64,000 nt of DNA from Chlamydiota bacterium (GCA_947494155.1 CANLTW010000001.1:96001-160000), one strand, 5' to 3'; positions 1-9,732 are shown, numbered from the stretch's first letter. Program-made: numbers and translations. Notes: generated by a model not told the origin, from the letters alone.

Positions 1-90
1 CAAAACTTGCCAACCACAAGATAACACATGGGCTTGTTGAACAGCCAAAAGGGAAAGTAAAACAGAAGAGGGCATAACCTTTTTTAAAAA

Positions 91-306
91 TCATACAGCG
101 ATAAAACAAAAATGAAGCGGTCCGTTCCATCGCGCTTTTTTGTATTGATCTGTTCTTTGGTTTAAAAGGTATAGGCTTTGACCCTTCTGGGAAGATCGGT
201 TTTTAAGAATTAAAGTCATAAAAGCCGATAGGGGTCGGCCTTGATGGGCGAACCCTTCCCCCTTTTTTGCCTCTCTACTTTCTATTAGAGTCTTCAAAAT
301 CTCCAT
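91..306 (-). CDS. short hypothetical protein (doubtful)
   Basis: 71-aa ORF with ATG and a purine-rich AGAGG just upstream; no recognisable motif. Confidence 0.25.
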   Translation of the reverse strand: MEILKTLIESREAKKGEGFAHQGRPLSAFMTLILKNRSSQKGQSLYLLNQRTDQYKKARWNGPLHFCFIAV

Positions 307-370
307 TTCCTCTACATCTCTTTCTTAAAAAAAATTCCTGGAGGACAACAGGTATAGTTTACAATTAAGC

Positions 371-399
371 TGGACAAAACTTTTTTGGGAACCTAAAAT
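371..399 (+). promoter_or_regulatory. sigma66/sigma70-type promoter, predicted start at the nitroreductase ATG
   Basis: TGGACA-N17-TAAAAT, 6 nt before ATG 406; no Shine-Dalgarno. Confidence 0.5.
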
Positions 400-405
400 G
401 GTCTC

Positions 406-1023
406 ATGGATATTTTAGAAACCATTTATGCGCGCCGATCTATTAAGCTTTTTGAGCCCACACACTCTATGCCTAAAGAGATTTACGAAAAGCTAATCGA
501 GGCGGCCCGTCAAGCCCCCTCCTCTTACAACCTGCAGCATACTCGGCTTGTTCACGTTAAAGAACAAAAAATCAAAGAGGCTATCTCAAAAGCAGCCTAC
601 AATCAGCCCCAAATTTTAAGCTCCTGTGTGTTTTTTGTCATTACAGCGGATACAAAAGCTTGGACAAAAAACCCTGAGCGCTGCTGGCAAAATGCCCCGC
701 AGGAAGTACAAGATTATATCCTTAAATCTATTCCCCCTTTTCATAAAGCTAGACCTTATATAGAAAGAGATGAGGCGATCCGCTCAGGAGCTCTCACGGC
801 GATGACACTGATGTTAGCTGCAAAAGGATTAGGTTATGATTCTTGTCCCATGATCGGGTTTGAAGAACCCAAAGTCCGCGAGCTGATTCGACTCCCCGAT
901 GATCATGTTGTGGTAATGCTTTTACCCATAGGCAAAGGGGTAAAGCCACCCCTCCCTAAACCGGGCTTTATCCCGATGGAAGAATTCCTCTATACCGACT
1001 CTTTTCCCGTAGAACAACGCTAA
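406..1023 (+). CDS. nitroreductase family protein
   Basis: RRSIK, APSSYNLQ, LMLAAKGLGYDSCPMIGF motifs. Confidence 0.92.
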   Translation: MDILETIYARRSIKLFEPTHSMPKEIYEKLIEAARQAPSSYNLQHTRLVHVKEQKIKEAISKAAYNQPQILSSCVFFVITADTKAWTKNPERCWQNAPQEVQDYILKSIPPFHKARPYIERDEAIRSGALTAMTLMLAAKGLGYDSCPMIGFEEPKVRELIRLPDDHVVVMLLPIGKGVKPPLPKPGFIPMEEFLYTDSFPVEQR

Positions 1024-1043
1024 TTTTTAAATGGAAACCAGCG

Positions 1044-1904
1044 ATGCCTTTTTTTATACCTCGAATATTTAAAACATGTTTTTTTTTCATTCTATTTTCT
1101 CTACTCCCTATCGAGTTAGGGGCTAAAATCTATGATGGTTTTACCTTCTTTAATGAATTAGAACTCCTCGAATTGCGTTTACATCAGCATGCTCCGTTTG
1201 TAGATGCCTTTATTTTAGTGGAGGCAAAAGAGACCTTTCGAGGCGATCCCAAACCACTTTACTACGAGGAAAACAAAGAGCGTTTCCGAAAATTTCACGA
1301 TAAAATTATCCATATTGTTGTGGATAAAATTCCTGCAGATGGGTACCAGGGGGCCAGCGCTTTTTGGCATAGGGAAGCCATACAAAGAAATTCTATTTTT
1401 GAGGGCTTAAAATCGGCCGATTTAACAGATACAGTTATCATCTCTGACGCGGATGAGATTCTGCATGAGAAAATTTTTCGCTTTCTACTGAAAAGATCAT
1501 CCTCTAAAAAAAGAGGGATCAAATCTGTAGAGCAGAATCTTTTTTTGTATCATATGAACCATCAAAGCAAAGAGGGCTGGGTTGGACCGGTAATCTGCCA
1601 GAAAAAAGATCTCTTAGTAGAAACCGCCCATGAATTAAGAAATCGTCGCAACAGCTTTACACGGATTCATGGAGGCTGGCATTTTAGCTACTTGGGGGGG
1701 GGCGAAAGAATCCAAAAAAAAGTGGGAGCTTTTAGCGAAGTCGTCTTTGATAATCTACTCAAGTTAGACCCCAAAGCTGCAGCTCAATGGATCTATGAAA
1801 CAAATAAGGATTCCTGTTTCTTTAGAGAAATAGACGAACATTTTCCAAAATATCTGCTTGAAAATAGAAGCTACTATGAAAAAATAGGCTTCATTCACCC
1901 CTAA
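1044..1904 (+). CDS. glycosyltransferase family 17-like (GnT-III-like) protein with N-terminal signal/anchor
   Basis: IYDGFTFFNELELLELRL, FILVEA-TF-G-PKPL, ISDADEI (DxD), GGWHFSY motifs. Confidence 0.82.
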   Translation: MPFFIPRIFKTCFFFILFSLLPIELGAKIYDGFTFFNELELLELRLHQHAPFVDAFILVEAKETFRGDPKPLYYEENKERFRKFHDKIIHIVVDKIPADGYQGASAFWHREAIQRNSIFEGLKSADLTDTVIISDADEILHEKIFRFLLKRSSSKKRGIKSVEQNLFLYHMNHQSKEGWVGPVICQKKDLLVETAHELRNRRNSFTRIHGGWHFSYLGGGERIQKKVGAFSEVVFDNLLKLDPKAAAQWIYETNKDSCFFREIDEHFPKYLLENRSYYEKIGFIHP

Positions 1905-1915
1905 GAGTCCCTTAC

Positions 1916-1938
1916 CTCCCCCATCCTATTTGGGGGAG
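1916..1938. terminator. hairpin between convergent genes, probable terminator
   Basis: CTCCCCCA-N7-TGGGGGAG perfect 8-bp stem. Confidence 0.6.
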
Positions 1939-1953
1939 TTTAAAAGAATCTTA

Positions 1954-3291
1954 TTAAAGACTCTTCAAGTAGGCTATTAAAGACTCCAGTTGCCCTTTTT
2001 CTTGCCTTTGCTCTTTAAGTATTCTGTAATTGAGAACCGCAGTTTCAATCTCTTCGCTATTGGCTATCACAACAACCTCAAACCCTTTCCGATCTGCGTA
2101 CTTGATCTGGTTGGGCAACGGTTTATCTTGCAGATACACCTCAGCACCATACCCGCGGGCCCGAATTTTTTCCGCTAATTCGATGTAGTAGGGTAAATAA
2201 TCCCGATTTTGGACGGTAACTAATACCTTCGCATTCGTCTCTTTGGAGGATTCAATAAGGCCCCTCTCCAACATTTTTGGAATTAGACGGGAGACGCCTA
2301 TTGAGATACCCACACCGGGTAGCACTTTTCTTGTGAAGGTAGCAGCTAAGTTTTGATAGCGACCCCCGGCACAAATCGTGCCAATCTCCAAACAGTCGAG
2401 CCACTTTGTCTCATAAATAGTTCCAGTATAGTAATTGAGTCCACGCGCTAATGTGGGGTCAATCTCCAGGATTGTTTCAGGGACACCATAGGCTTTTGCC
2501 AGCGCCAGAACCTCTTGGAGCTCTTTGAGCCCCTCCTCAAGTAGGGTTTTGTGTGGAAAGCTTGAAAGATATTCCATCATCTCGTTGTTAGTCCCCTTTT
2601 TTTCCAAAAAGAGGAGAACTTTATCTACTGTCGATTGCTCAAGTCCAAGATCCGATAACCCTAAAGCCATCGAAGCCTGATCGACTTTTTCTTTTTTATC
2701 AATTTGTCTGATTGCGGCCTCAAGGTGCTCGTTAGGTACGCCAAACACCTCCATTAATCCCATCAAAATTTTTCGGTTATTCAGCTTAACAATATAATTT
2801 TTTAGGCCAATAGATTGAAAAATTTTATGGATAATTCCTAAAAGCTCTGCGTCGTAGGCAAGCGACAGCTCATTTTCGCCAATGATATCAATATCACATT
2901 GAATAAATTGCCGGTATCTGCCGGCTTGCGCCCTTTCTCCCCTCCACACCGGCGCTATATGATATCGCTTATAGGGGAAGTGAAGCTGACCGTAATGTTC
3001 TGCAACATACCTTGCCAGCGGAACTGTGAGATCAAATCTTAGGCCCAGGTCTTTCTTGCTCTCTTCCTCAGCAGTCAGGCGGCACAACCCGTAGATTTCA
3101 CTGTCATTTCCTTTAGAAAGTAATGTTGATGCTTTTTCTACAGCCGGGGTATCCATCGGAGAAAAGCCAAACGATTCAAATTGCTTGCGTATCGTATCAA
3201 TACATGTATTAAAAGCTATTTGATCCTTAGGCAAAAACTCCGGAAATCCCGAAATCGATCCCACCAGAATCCCTTTTGATGATTTTGACAT
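1954..3291 (-). CDS. hisS: histidine--tRNA ligase
   Basis: LRFDLTVPLARY, VWRGER-GRYRQF-QCDIDIIG, LARGLNYYTG, AGGRY, GVGISIGVSRL. Confidence 0.96.
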   Translation of the reverse strand: MSKSSKGILVGSISGFPEFLPKDQIAFNTCIDTIRKQFESFGFSPMDTPAVEKASTLLSKGNDSEIYGLCRLTAEEESKKDLGLRFDLTVPLARYVAEHYGQLHFPYKRYHIAPVWRGERAQAGRYRQFIQCDIDIIGENELSLAYDAELLGIIHKIFQSIGLKNYIVKLNNRKILMGLMEVFGVPNEHLEAAIRQIDKKEKVDQASMALGLSDLGLEQSTVDKVLLFLEKKGTNNEMMEYLSSFPHKTLLEEGLKELQEVLALAKAYGVPETILEIDPTLARGLNYYTGTIYETKWLDCLEIGTICAGGRYQNLAATFTRKVLPGVGISIGVSRLIPKMLERGLIESSKETNAKVLVTVQNRDYLPYYIELAEKIRARGYGAEVYLQDKPLPNQIKYADRKGFEVVVIANSEEIETAVLNYRILKEQRQEKGQLESLIAYLKSL

Positions 3292-3439
3292 GAAATAAAC
3301 CTCTTCTCAAAAGCCCCGATATAGGAAATCGAATCTGGGCTTTAACCTTAAAAAACAGGTTTTGTATTCTAGCTTTTTTTAAAATTAACCATCTATCGAT
3401 TTCCTAGGTAGAGGGCTAACCCTTTTTAAAGGTCCCCTT

Positions 3440-4039
3440 CTAAAGAGAGGCCACCTCTTTTTCTACAGACGAAGAAAAAACTTTGAACGCGCTTTGGGGA
3501 CCGCCTGCGCTTAAATGCCCGATAACAAAAGGGCCCGGCGCCGTTGGGGGCTTTATTTTGGGGATATCTATGAGGATAAGATTGCCTGTCCTTTTGACAT
3601 GGGAAAGAGGAGGTTGAGTTTTCTTACGGGCCAACTCAGCCGTTGTAGTCACGATTAAACGACCCCAGGTATGGCAAACAGCTTTTTGTGGAGATTTATC
3701 TATTACCCATTTCTTCAATTTAATCTGTGGCTCCAAAAGACCAAGAAGAGAAACCGACAAAACCTCAGAGCAATGACTCTTGAGCTGGTTTGTTACCAGA
3801 TGGTGTATAAGCTCGACACTGGAGAGCTTTTCTCGGAAAAAGCGACTTTTCCCCTCCTCCGTAGTCAACTGGTCGAAGTGAACCGGTTCAAGCCAAAAAT
3901 TTTCTTGCGACTCGCGTAATCTTACATACGGGTATTCTTTTGAGGGGGAGATCAGAGCCTCCAAAGCTAAAATAGTGGGTTCAATGTTCCATGCTTTAGC
4001 CGCAAGCCAATTTCCTGGTTGCATACCACCTGAAATCAT
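3440..4039 (-). CDS. hypothetical protein
   Basis: 199-aa ORF filling the gap, GAGG upstream of ATG; no motif recognised. Confidence 0.6.
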   Translation of the reverse strand: MISGGMQPGNWLAAKAWNIEPTILALEALISPSKEYPYVRLRESQENFWLEPVHFDQLTTEEGKSRFFREKLSSVELIHHLVTNQLKSHCSEVLSVSLLGLLEPQIKLKKWVIDKSPQKAVCHTWGRLIVTTTAELARKKTQPPLSHVKRTGNLILIDIPKIKPPTAPGPFVIGHLSAGGPQSAFKVFSSSVEKEVASL

Positions 4040-4140
4040 ACTATTCCTCTGATTTTCCTAGTTAAAAAGGGTTTTTCAAAAGAGTGTACTAAATGTAATT
4101 TTTTTTAGAAATAAAAATTTCCCTTTTTATGAGCCTTTCT

Positions 4141-5070
4141 CTAAAGAGTATTTAGAGAGGCATTCGGGTCTTCACTCATTTTCATTCCCTCTTCATACCG
4201 AAAATGAACAGACTCCCTATATCCCGGGGGATTAGGCCAACTGGTTGCGCTCTTTAGAGCCTCCTCGGGGGTGATTTTTAAGTGGTATTTTTCCAGCAGA
4301 CTTTTCAGTTTTTGTTTGGCATGTAGTAGAAAAAGGCCGTGGCGATCTGCGCGAAATTCGACATGTCTTTCCTGTACATGCTTTACATACAAACAACCAA
4401 GAATAGGCAAAAAACGGCGCGCCAGTAGAGAAAGAGTTGGCGTCTCAGGGTCATCTATCGTCAATAAAAGTTTAAATAACTGATAAACGGTCATCCCGTT
4501 AGACAAAATTGTTGTTACGTGAGATTTCAAAATATCCTCATTGATGGAGTGCCCCAGCTCGTGGCCCAAAAAAAACAGGGCATCCGTCTTATCTGCAATA
4601 TGGTCTAAATTCAAAGTGATTTTTTTAGGGCAGATACCGGAACTTGTGGCTGCTATTTTCGACTTCTCAAGGTTAACTTTAATCTCCTCTTGAAAATCGA
4701 GAACCTCTTTGGCTTCTGTCAAAATTTGTGTTAATGACAACCCCTTTTTAGCAAATTCTTCCTGCGCCTCTCTCTCCAGGGCTTCGCTCTCGTCCGATCC
4801 AAAATGGCTCTCTTTTCCAAGTGGCAACCATTTTTTCAGAGGATTTACAACCGAGATATCGAGAACCTTTTCCCAAATAAAAAAAATTTTAGAGTCTATC
4901 CCATCCCGCATTTTTTTTAAGGAATACTCCATTGGTTCTTCCGTCATAAAAGAACTATGAACAAAAGAGGCTAGCGCAGTAATGCCAACTAAAGCTATAG
5001 CGCTCGACAAAATGGGTCGCTCTAGAAATCCCTCTCGCACTGAAGGTGTCAAAAACTGTCCCACAACCAT
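4141..5070 (-). CDS. M48-like zinc metalloprotease, membrane associated
   Basis: FFLGHELGH (HExxH) plus downstream EFRAD; hydrophobic segments. Confidence 0.65.
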   Translation of the reverse strand: MVVGQFLTPSVREGFLERPILSSAIALVGITALASFVHSSFMTEEPMEYSLKKMRDGIDSKIFFIWEKVLDISVVNPLKKWLPLGKESHFGSDESEALEREAQEEFAKKGLSLTQILTEAKEVLDFQEEIKVNLEKSKIAATSSGICPKKITLNLDHIADKTDALFFLGHELGHSINEDILKSHVTTILSNGMTVYQLFKLLLTIDDPETPTLSLLARRFLPILGCLYVKHVQERHVEFRADRHGLFLLHAKQKLKSLLEKYHLKITPEEALKSATSWPNPPGYRESVHFRYEEGMKMSEDPNASLNTL

Positions 5071-5232
5071 ATCAAGATCCGATTTTTATTCCTGCTATCT
5101 TTATATTTATTTTAAAATTTGCGCAATATTTTTTTAGAAAACGATCCAAAAGTGATTGAAGAACCCCTTTTTCTAACACGATTATTTTTCATGGGAAAAT
5201 TTTCCCAGATACCCTATATTCTGAACTTAGCT

Positions 5233-6723
5233 ATGGAAATGACTATCAAAGAAAAACCTTTAGAAAAAAAAGGGAAAGATTTTTCAAAAAGCAAAATAAG
5301 GGTTCCTCCCCAATCTAAAGAGGCTGAAAAGCTTGTTTTGGGGATGATGTTTTCTTCTGTCAACGCATTAAACGTTGCAGCCGACACTCTATTGCCCGAA
5401 GATTTTTATTTCAAAGAGCATCAGCTTGTTTTCCATGTCCTGCAGGAGGCCTACCGCAACGACCGCCCGGCGGACGTACATCTGGTTAATGAAGAGCTCA
5501 AACGCAGGGACGAGCTTAAAGAAGTTGGCGGAATTGTAGCTTTGACCGAAATTGCGCATTATGCGGGCACCTCAGCATATATCGAAGAATATGTGAATGT
5601 GGTTAAAGATAAGGCGCTTTTACGGCGCATGATTTCTACCGCTAGTGAGATGGAAAAAAAAGCGCAACAAGAACCCTCCGACGTCCTCTCTTTTCTTGAT
5701 GAATGCCAGTCTAAACTCTACACGATTTCACAGGAAAAATCGGCCAAAGAGGGCTTTTTGCTTCGTGATATTCTATCGGGTGTACGCGCTTCAACAAAAC
5801 TCCCTTTTTTAAAAGAGCTACAAGATCGGCAAGAGGAGTTTCTTACCAAAGGACCCAACCAAGCCCATTTTACCGGCCTTTCGAGCCACTTTTTAGATGT
5901 CGATAAAATGATCAATGGTCTTTGCCCCTCACAGCTTTTGATTTTAGCTGCACGCCCCTCAATGGGGAAAACAGCTTTGGCTTTGAATATCGCACAAAAT
6001 GTTGCCTTTCGTACTAAAGAGCCTGTGGGGATCTTTTCTTTGGAAATGAACTCCGAAGAGCTACTTCACCGTTTGATCTGCTCGGAGAGCGAGGTGGAAT
6101 CGGAAAAAATCAAAAACGGCTCCTTGACAGGCAGTGAGTATCAAAAAGTTGTTGCCGCTGTAAATGAGATGCAAAAGCACACGATGATTATCGACGATCA
6201 GCCCGGTCTGAAAATCTCCGATTTACGCTCACGAGCTCGTCGCATGAAAGAGATGTTCAATATCAAGCTTTTAGTAATTGACTATTTGCAGCTTCTAAGC
6301 GGACCTAAAGCCAGCTACAACTCAGACAACCGGCAAAATGAGATCTCCGAAATTTCCAGAATGTTAAAAAACCTTGCCAGAGAGCTGAATATCCCCGTGA
6401 TATGCCTATCTCAGCTATCTCGTAAAGTTGAAGAGCGGCAAGGGCATCGCCCGATGCTCTCAGACCTAAGAGAGTCGGGATCGATTGAGCAGGATGCCGA
6501 TATTGTGATGTTTTTATTCAGACGTGAGTATTACAATCCCCAAGACAAACCGGGTACTGCCGAGCTTATTGTAGCGAAAAACCGCCATGGAAAAGTGGGG
6601 GACATCCAGCTTGTATACAAAAAATCTTTAGCCCTTTTCCAAAATTTTGTAGCCCCCGTGCAAGAGGCCCCCCTGGCTCAGCAGTTCAACCCCGCTGCCT
6701 TCTCAGCCTTTCAGCCAAAATAG
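5233..6723 (+). CDS. dnaB: replicative DNA helicase
   Basis: PPQS-EAE, AARPSMGKT, FSLEM, IDYLQL, LSQLSR, LRESGSIEQDAD; start moved from TTG 5119 to ATG 5233 (5239 also possible). Confidence 0.97.
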   Translation: MEMTIKEKPLEKKGKDFSKSKIRVPPQSKEAEKLVLGMMFSSVNALNVAADTLLPEDFYFKEHQLVFHVLQEAYRNDRPADVHLVNEELKRRDELKEVGGIVALTEIAHYAGTSAYIEEYVNVVKDKALLRRMISTASEMEKKAQQEPSDVLSFLDECQSKLYTISQEKSAKEGFLLRDILSGVRASTKLPFLKELQDRQEEFLTKGPNQAHFTGLSSHFLDVDKMINGLCPSQLLILAARPSMGKTALALNIAQNVAFRTKEPVGIFSLEMNSEELLHRLICSESEVESEKIKNGSLTGSEYQKVVAAVNEMQKHTMIIDDQPGLKISDLRSRARRMKEMFNIKLLVIDYLQLLSGPKASYNSDNRQNEISEISRMLKNLARELNIPVICLSQLSRKVEERQGHRPMLSDLRESGSIEQDADIVMFLFRREYYNPQDKPGTAELIVAKNRHGKVGDIQLVYKKSLALFQNFVAPVQEAPLAQQFNPAAFSAFQPK

Positions 6724-7010
6724 CTTTTAAGAGGGGGATGCGCAACTTTGCCCCTTCTTGGCTATACACTTTTCTCTAAGGATAAAAAATTTTTACCCCT
6801 AACCTTTACACCCATTAAGCTCCCCTAAAAAGGGATTTTTTTAGGTCTCACATTTTTTAAAAAGAGGTTAAGAGACTCGGCGGGAGTCGGTTAAACTCGA
6901 GTGGATCTCACCCCATAAAAATTTATTGCCCCTTTCTAGAAAAACCCTCGCTTCCCCCTTTACGGTAAAACGTAAACGGAGTATGCTTCTTGAATCAAAT
7001 TGGAGTCAAA

Positions 7011-7103
7011 ATGGCCTCTGTTAAAAAGAAGCGCAAGGCGAAGATGAATCGCCACAAGTTGAAAAAATTGCGTAAACTCAACAGACACAAGAACAGCCCA
7101 TAG
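7011..7103 (+). CDS. small basic ribosomal protein bS22 / AURKAIP1-COX24 family (30 aa), not in the ORF track
   Basis: Translates to MASVKKKRKAKMNRHKLKKLRKLNRHKNSP; GGAG 5 nt upstream; fits the SVxKKRxxKMxxHKxxKL pattern. Confidence 0.85.
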   Translation: MASVKKKRKAKMNRHKLKKLRKLNRHKNSP

Positions 7104-7112
7104 TTCTATTTT

Positions 7113-8996
7113 ATGTGGACCTTCGAGACGTTTTACGATGTTCTCGTCGTCGGAGCCGGCCATGCCGGCTGTGAAGCTGCGCATGCGGCTGCAAAGATGG
7201 GGGCGAGGACACTTTTAGTTACCATGAACTTGGACACCATCGCCAAGATGAGCTGCAATCCTGCGGTCGGGGGGACCGGCAAAGGGCAAATTGTACGTGA
7301 AATCGACGCGATGGGTGGCATCATGGGGCAAATCATTGACCAGACTGCAATACAGTTTCGGATGTTGAATCGCTCCAAGGGCCCTGCAGTTTGGTCTCCG
7401 CGAGCCCAAGCTGACAAGCACCTCTATGCCCAAAAGATGAAAGAGACTTTGGAGACAATCCCCAATCTTTTCCTCATGCAGGGCACCATCGAAGATCTCC
7501 TGGTAGAAAACGGTCGAGTGGTAGGAATATCCACAAAAGAGGGTATTGCGTTTCGCTCTTCGACAGTCATCCTCTCCTCGGGGACCTTCATGCAAGGAAA
7601 AATCCACATCGGCTCTACCCAATTTTCCGGGGGCAGAGCGGGTGACCCCCCTTCAGTCGGACTTTCGCATAGTTTAGCGCATCTTGGTTTTAAACTGGGT
7701 CGTCTTAAAACTGGCACACCCTGTAGAATTCACAAAAGATCGGTCGATTTCTCAAAATGTGAAAGACAAGATGGAGAAGAAGATGTCCGTTTTTCCTTTA
7801 GAAAAGAGTTTGAGCGCCTCCCACAAGTCCCCTGTTACATCACCTACACTTCGTCTGAAAGTCAAAGAATCGTAGAGGAAAACCTCTCGAAATCAGCCGG
7901 CTACTCTAAAAAAATGGTTGGACCCCGCTACTGCCCTTCCATCGAGGACAAAATTGTGCGTTTCAGCGACAAAGAGCGTCACCAAATTTTTATTGAGCCA
8001 GAAGGCTTAACCACACAAGAGCTTTATCTAAATGGTATTTCGACTTCGCTGCCGTTTGATGTGCAAGTCTCCCTAATCCGCTCGATCACAGGATTAGAAA
8101 ATGCCGAAATTTTAAGACCTGCGTACGCGATCGAGTATGATTACGTCAGAAGCGGCCAGCTCAAACTCTCTTTAGAAACAAAACTCATCGAGGGGCTTTT
8201 TCTTGCTGGGCAAATCAATGGAACAACGGGTTACGAGGAGGCGGCGGGTCAAGGTTTTATTGCTGGGGTGAATGCTGCCTTAAAAGTCCAGAATCGCCCC
8301 CCCTTTATCCTGAGTCCACAAGAATCCTACTTAGGGGTAATGATTGAGGATATCGTATCGATGGAGCTTACCGAGCCCTATAGAATGTTTACCAGCCGCG
8401 CTTCAGCTAGACTTCTACTGCGTCAAGATAACGCCGACTTAAGACTGAGCCACTATGGTTTTTATCTAGGCGGGCTGATCAATAAAGCCGAAATGGAGTC
8501 TATCGAGGCGAAAAAAGAGAGCATTTCCTCCACAATTTCGGCTCTAAAAAGACATGTGCAAGTGGAAGATAGAAGCTATACTCTTCAGCAAATGGTTGCA
8601 AGGCCCGATATGAGTTATGAAGGGGTACAAAAAAGCTACCCTCATCTTGTCCCGAATATTGATAAAGAGACCCGTTTTCAAGTAGAGCTTGAACTGAAAT
8701 ATGCAGGCTACATTAAAAGACAAGAAGAGGATAATCTTAAGCTCAAGGATCTCGACGTAATTGCTATCCCCGATGGATTGGATTTTGCCCAGGTGAAAGG
8801 TTTAAGGAATGAGGCAAGAGAGACTTTAAAAAGGGTGCAGCCTATCCACTTGGGTCAAATCGGTCGATTGCCAGGGATTACCCCAGCTGACCTGAATATT
8901 CTTTTTGTAGCAATCAAAGGATTTCGTCATCAATTTGCCCTTTCAAAAAATCGCCTCGAAAAAGAGGATCTTTCTTTTTGTCAAATAAAGACTTAA
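7113..8996 (+). CDS. mnmG: tRNA uridine-5-carboxymethylaminomethyl synthesis enzyme MnmG (GidA)
   Basis: GAGHAGCEAA, MSCNPAVGG, GPRYCPSIEDK, AGQINGTTGYEEAA. Confidence 0.97.
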   Translation: MWTFETFYDVLVVGAGHAGCEAAHAAAKMGARTLLVTMNLDTIAKMSCNPAVGGTGKGQIVREIDAMGGIMGQIIDQTAIQFRMLNRSKGPAVWSPRAQADKHLYAQKMKETLETIPNLFLMQGTIEDLLVENGRVVGISTKEGIAFRSSTVILSSGTFMQGKIHIGSTQFSGGRAGDPPSVGLSHSLAHLGFKLGRLKTGTPCRIHKRSVDFSKCERQDGEEDVRFSFRKEFERLPQVPCYITYTSSESQRIVEENLSKSAGYSKKMVGPRYCPSIEDKIVRFSDKERHQIFIEPEGLTTQELYLNGISTSLPFDVQVSLIRSITGLENAEILRPAYAIEYDYVRSGQLKLSLETKLIEGLFLAGQINGTTGYEEAAGQGFIAGVNAALKVQNRPPFILSPQESYLGVMIEDIVSMELTEPYRMFTSRASARLLLRQDNADLRLSHYGFYLGGLINKAEMESIEAKKESISSTISALKRHVQVEDRSYTLQQMVARPDMSYEGVQKSYPHLVPNIDKETRFQVELELKYAGYIKRQEEDNLKLKDLDVIAIPDGLDFAQVKGLRNEARETLKRVQPIHLGQIGRLPGITPADLNILFVAIKGFRHQFALSKNRLEKEDLSFCQIKT

Positions 8997-9042
8997 AAAT
9001 AGAATTGATGGTAGAAGATCTTTAAATGAGGTTCTTTTTGTC

Positions 9043-9732
9043 ATGAATACTATTCGCGTCGTTCAATTAAAAAAAATGCCTATCTTTCAGATGCTTGCAC
9101 TTGAAGAGTTTCTTCTTGACCAGCCCTGTGAAAATTTTCTTTTGATTAACTATGGGACACCTGATGCGATTGTTTTGGGAAAATCGAACGACCGCCATTC
9201 CCTCATCGAAAGCAAAACAGAGGTACCCCTTATACGTAGATTTTCGGGGGGCGGAACCGTCTATGTCGATCAATCGACTCTTTTCATTACCTGGATTTTA
9301 TCCAAAGAGCTTTCTGAGGCTAAATGTGTAGACACTCTTTTTGACTGGACCGTTGACACCCTTCAAAAGGCGCACCCTAATCTTAAGTTAAAGAGAGTAG
9401 AGACGGACTACGTGATTGGGGACAAGAAGGTGGGGGGTACGGCTCAGTATGTAAAAAAAGATCGCATTCTACACCACACAAGCTTTCTATTCGATTATTC
9501 TCAAGAGAAGCTCCAAACCTTAAAGCACCCTCTTAAAGCACCTAAGTATCGAGATGGGCGAAGCCATGAGGATTTTTTAACCACCCTCAATTCCCACTTC
9601 ACTACTATGGAGGAGTTTATCAACCCTTATGTAGAGGTATTACAAGGGGATTTTTCCTTACAAGCAACCTCAATGCTCGAAATTTTAATCCATTTGCAAT
9701 CGCCTAAGCAGACGGTAATTCTCGAGAGCTAG
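9043..9732 (+). CDS. lplA: lipoate--protein ligase family protein
   Basis: IRRFSGGGTVY, KKVGGTAQ, HHTSFL; follows mnmG as in chlamydiae. Confidence 0.85.
   Translation: MNTIRVVQLKKMPIFQMLALEEFLLDQPCENFLLINYGTPDAIVLGKSNDRHSLIESKTEVPLIRRFSGGGTVYVDQSTLFITWILSKELSEAKCVDTLFDWTVDTLQKAHPNLKLKRVETDYVIGDKKVGGTAQYVKKDRILHHTSFLFDYSQEKLQTLKHPLKAPKYRDGRSHEDFLTTLNSHFTTMEEFINPYVEVLQGDFSLQATSMLEILIHLQSPKQTVILES

Noticed and set aside
1..75. Possible start of a minus-strand gene running off the window (MPSSVLLSLLAVQQAH...)
   Set aside because: Only 25 codons are visible and no motif is recognisable
3310..3343. AAAGCCC...GGGCTTT hairpin upstream of hisS as an attenuator or T-box
   Set aside because: No T-box consensus or His-rich leader peptide; the stem is imperfect
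5119..5232. N-terminal extension of DnaB from a TTG start
   Set aside because: AT-rich intergenic-like sequence shared with a divergent gene; DnaB similarity begins later
6724..7010. 287-nt intergenic region with short hairpins (GACTC-GGCGG-GAGTC) as an ncRNA
   Set aside because: Stems are short and I recognise no RNA family; needs an Rfam search
6960..7875. Several ORFs overlapping mnmG on other frames or the opposite strand
   Set aside because: Shadows of a conserved gene with no motifs; the same applies to the other short nested ORFs in the track
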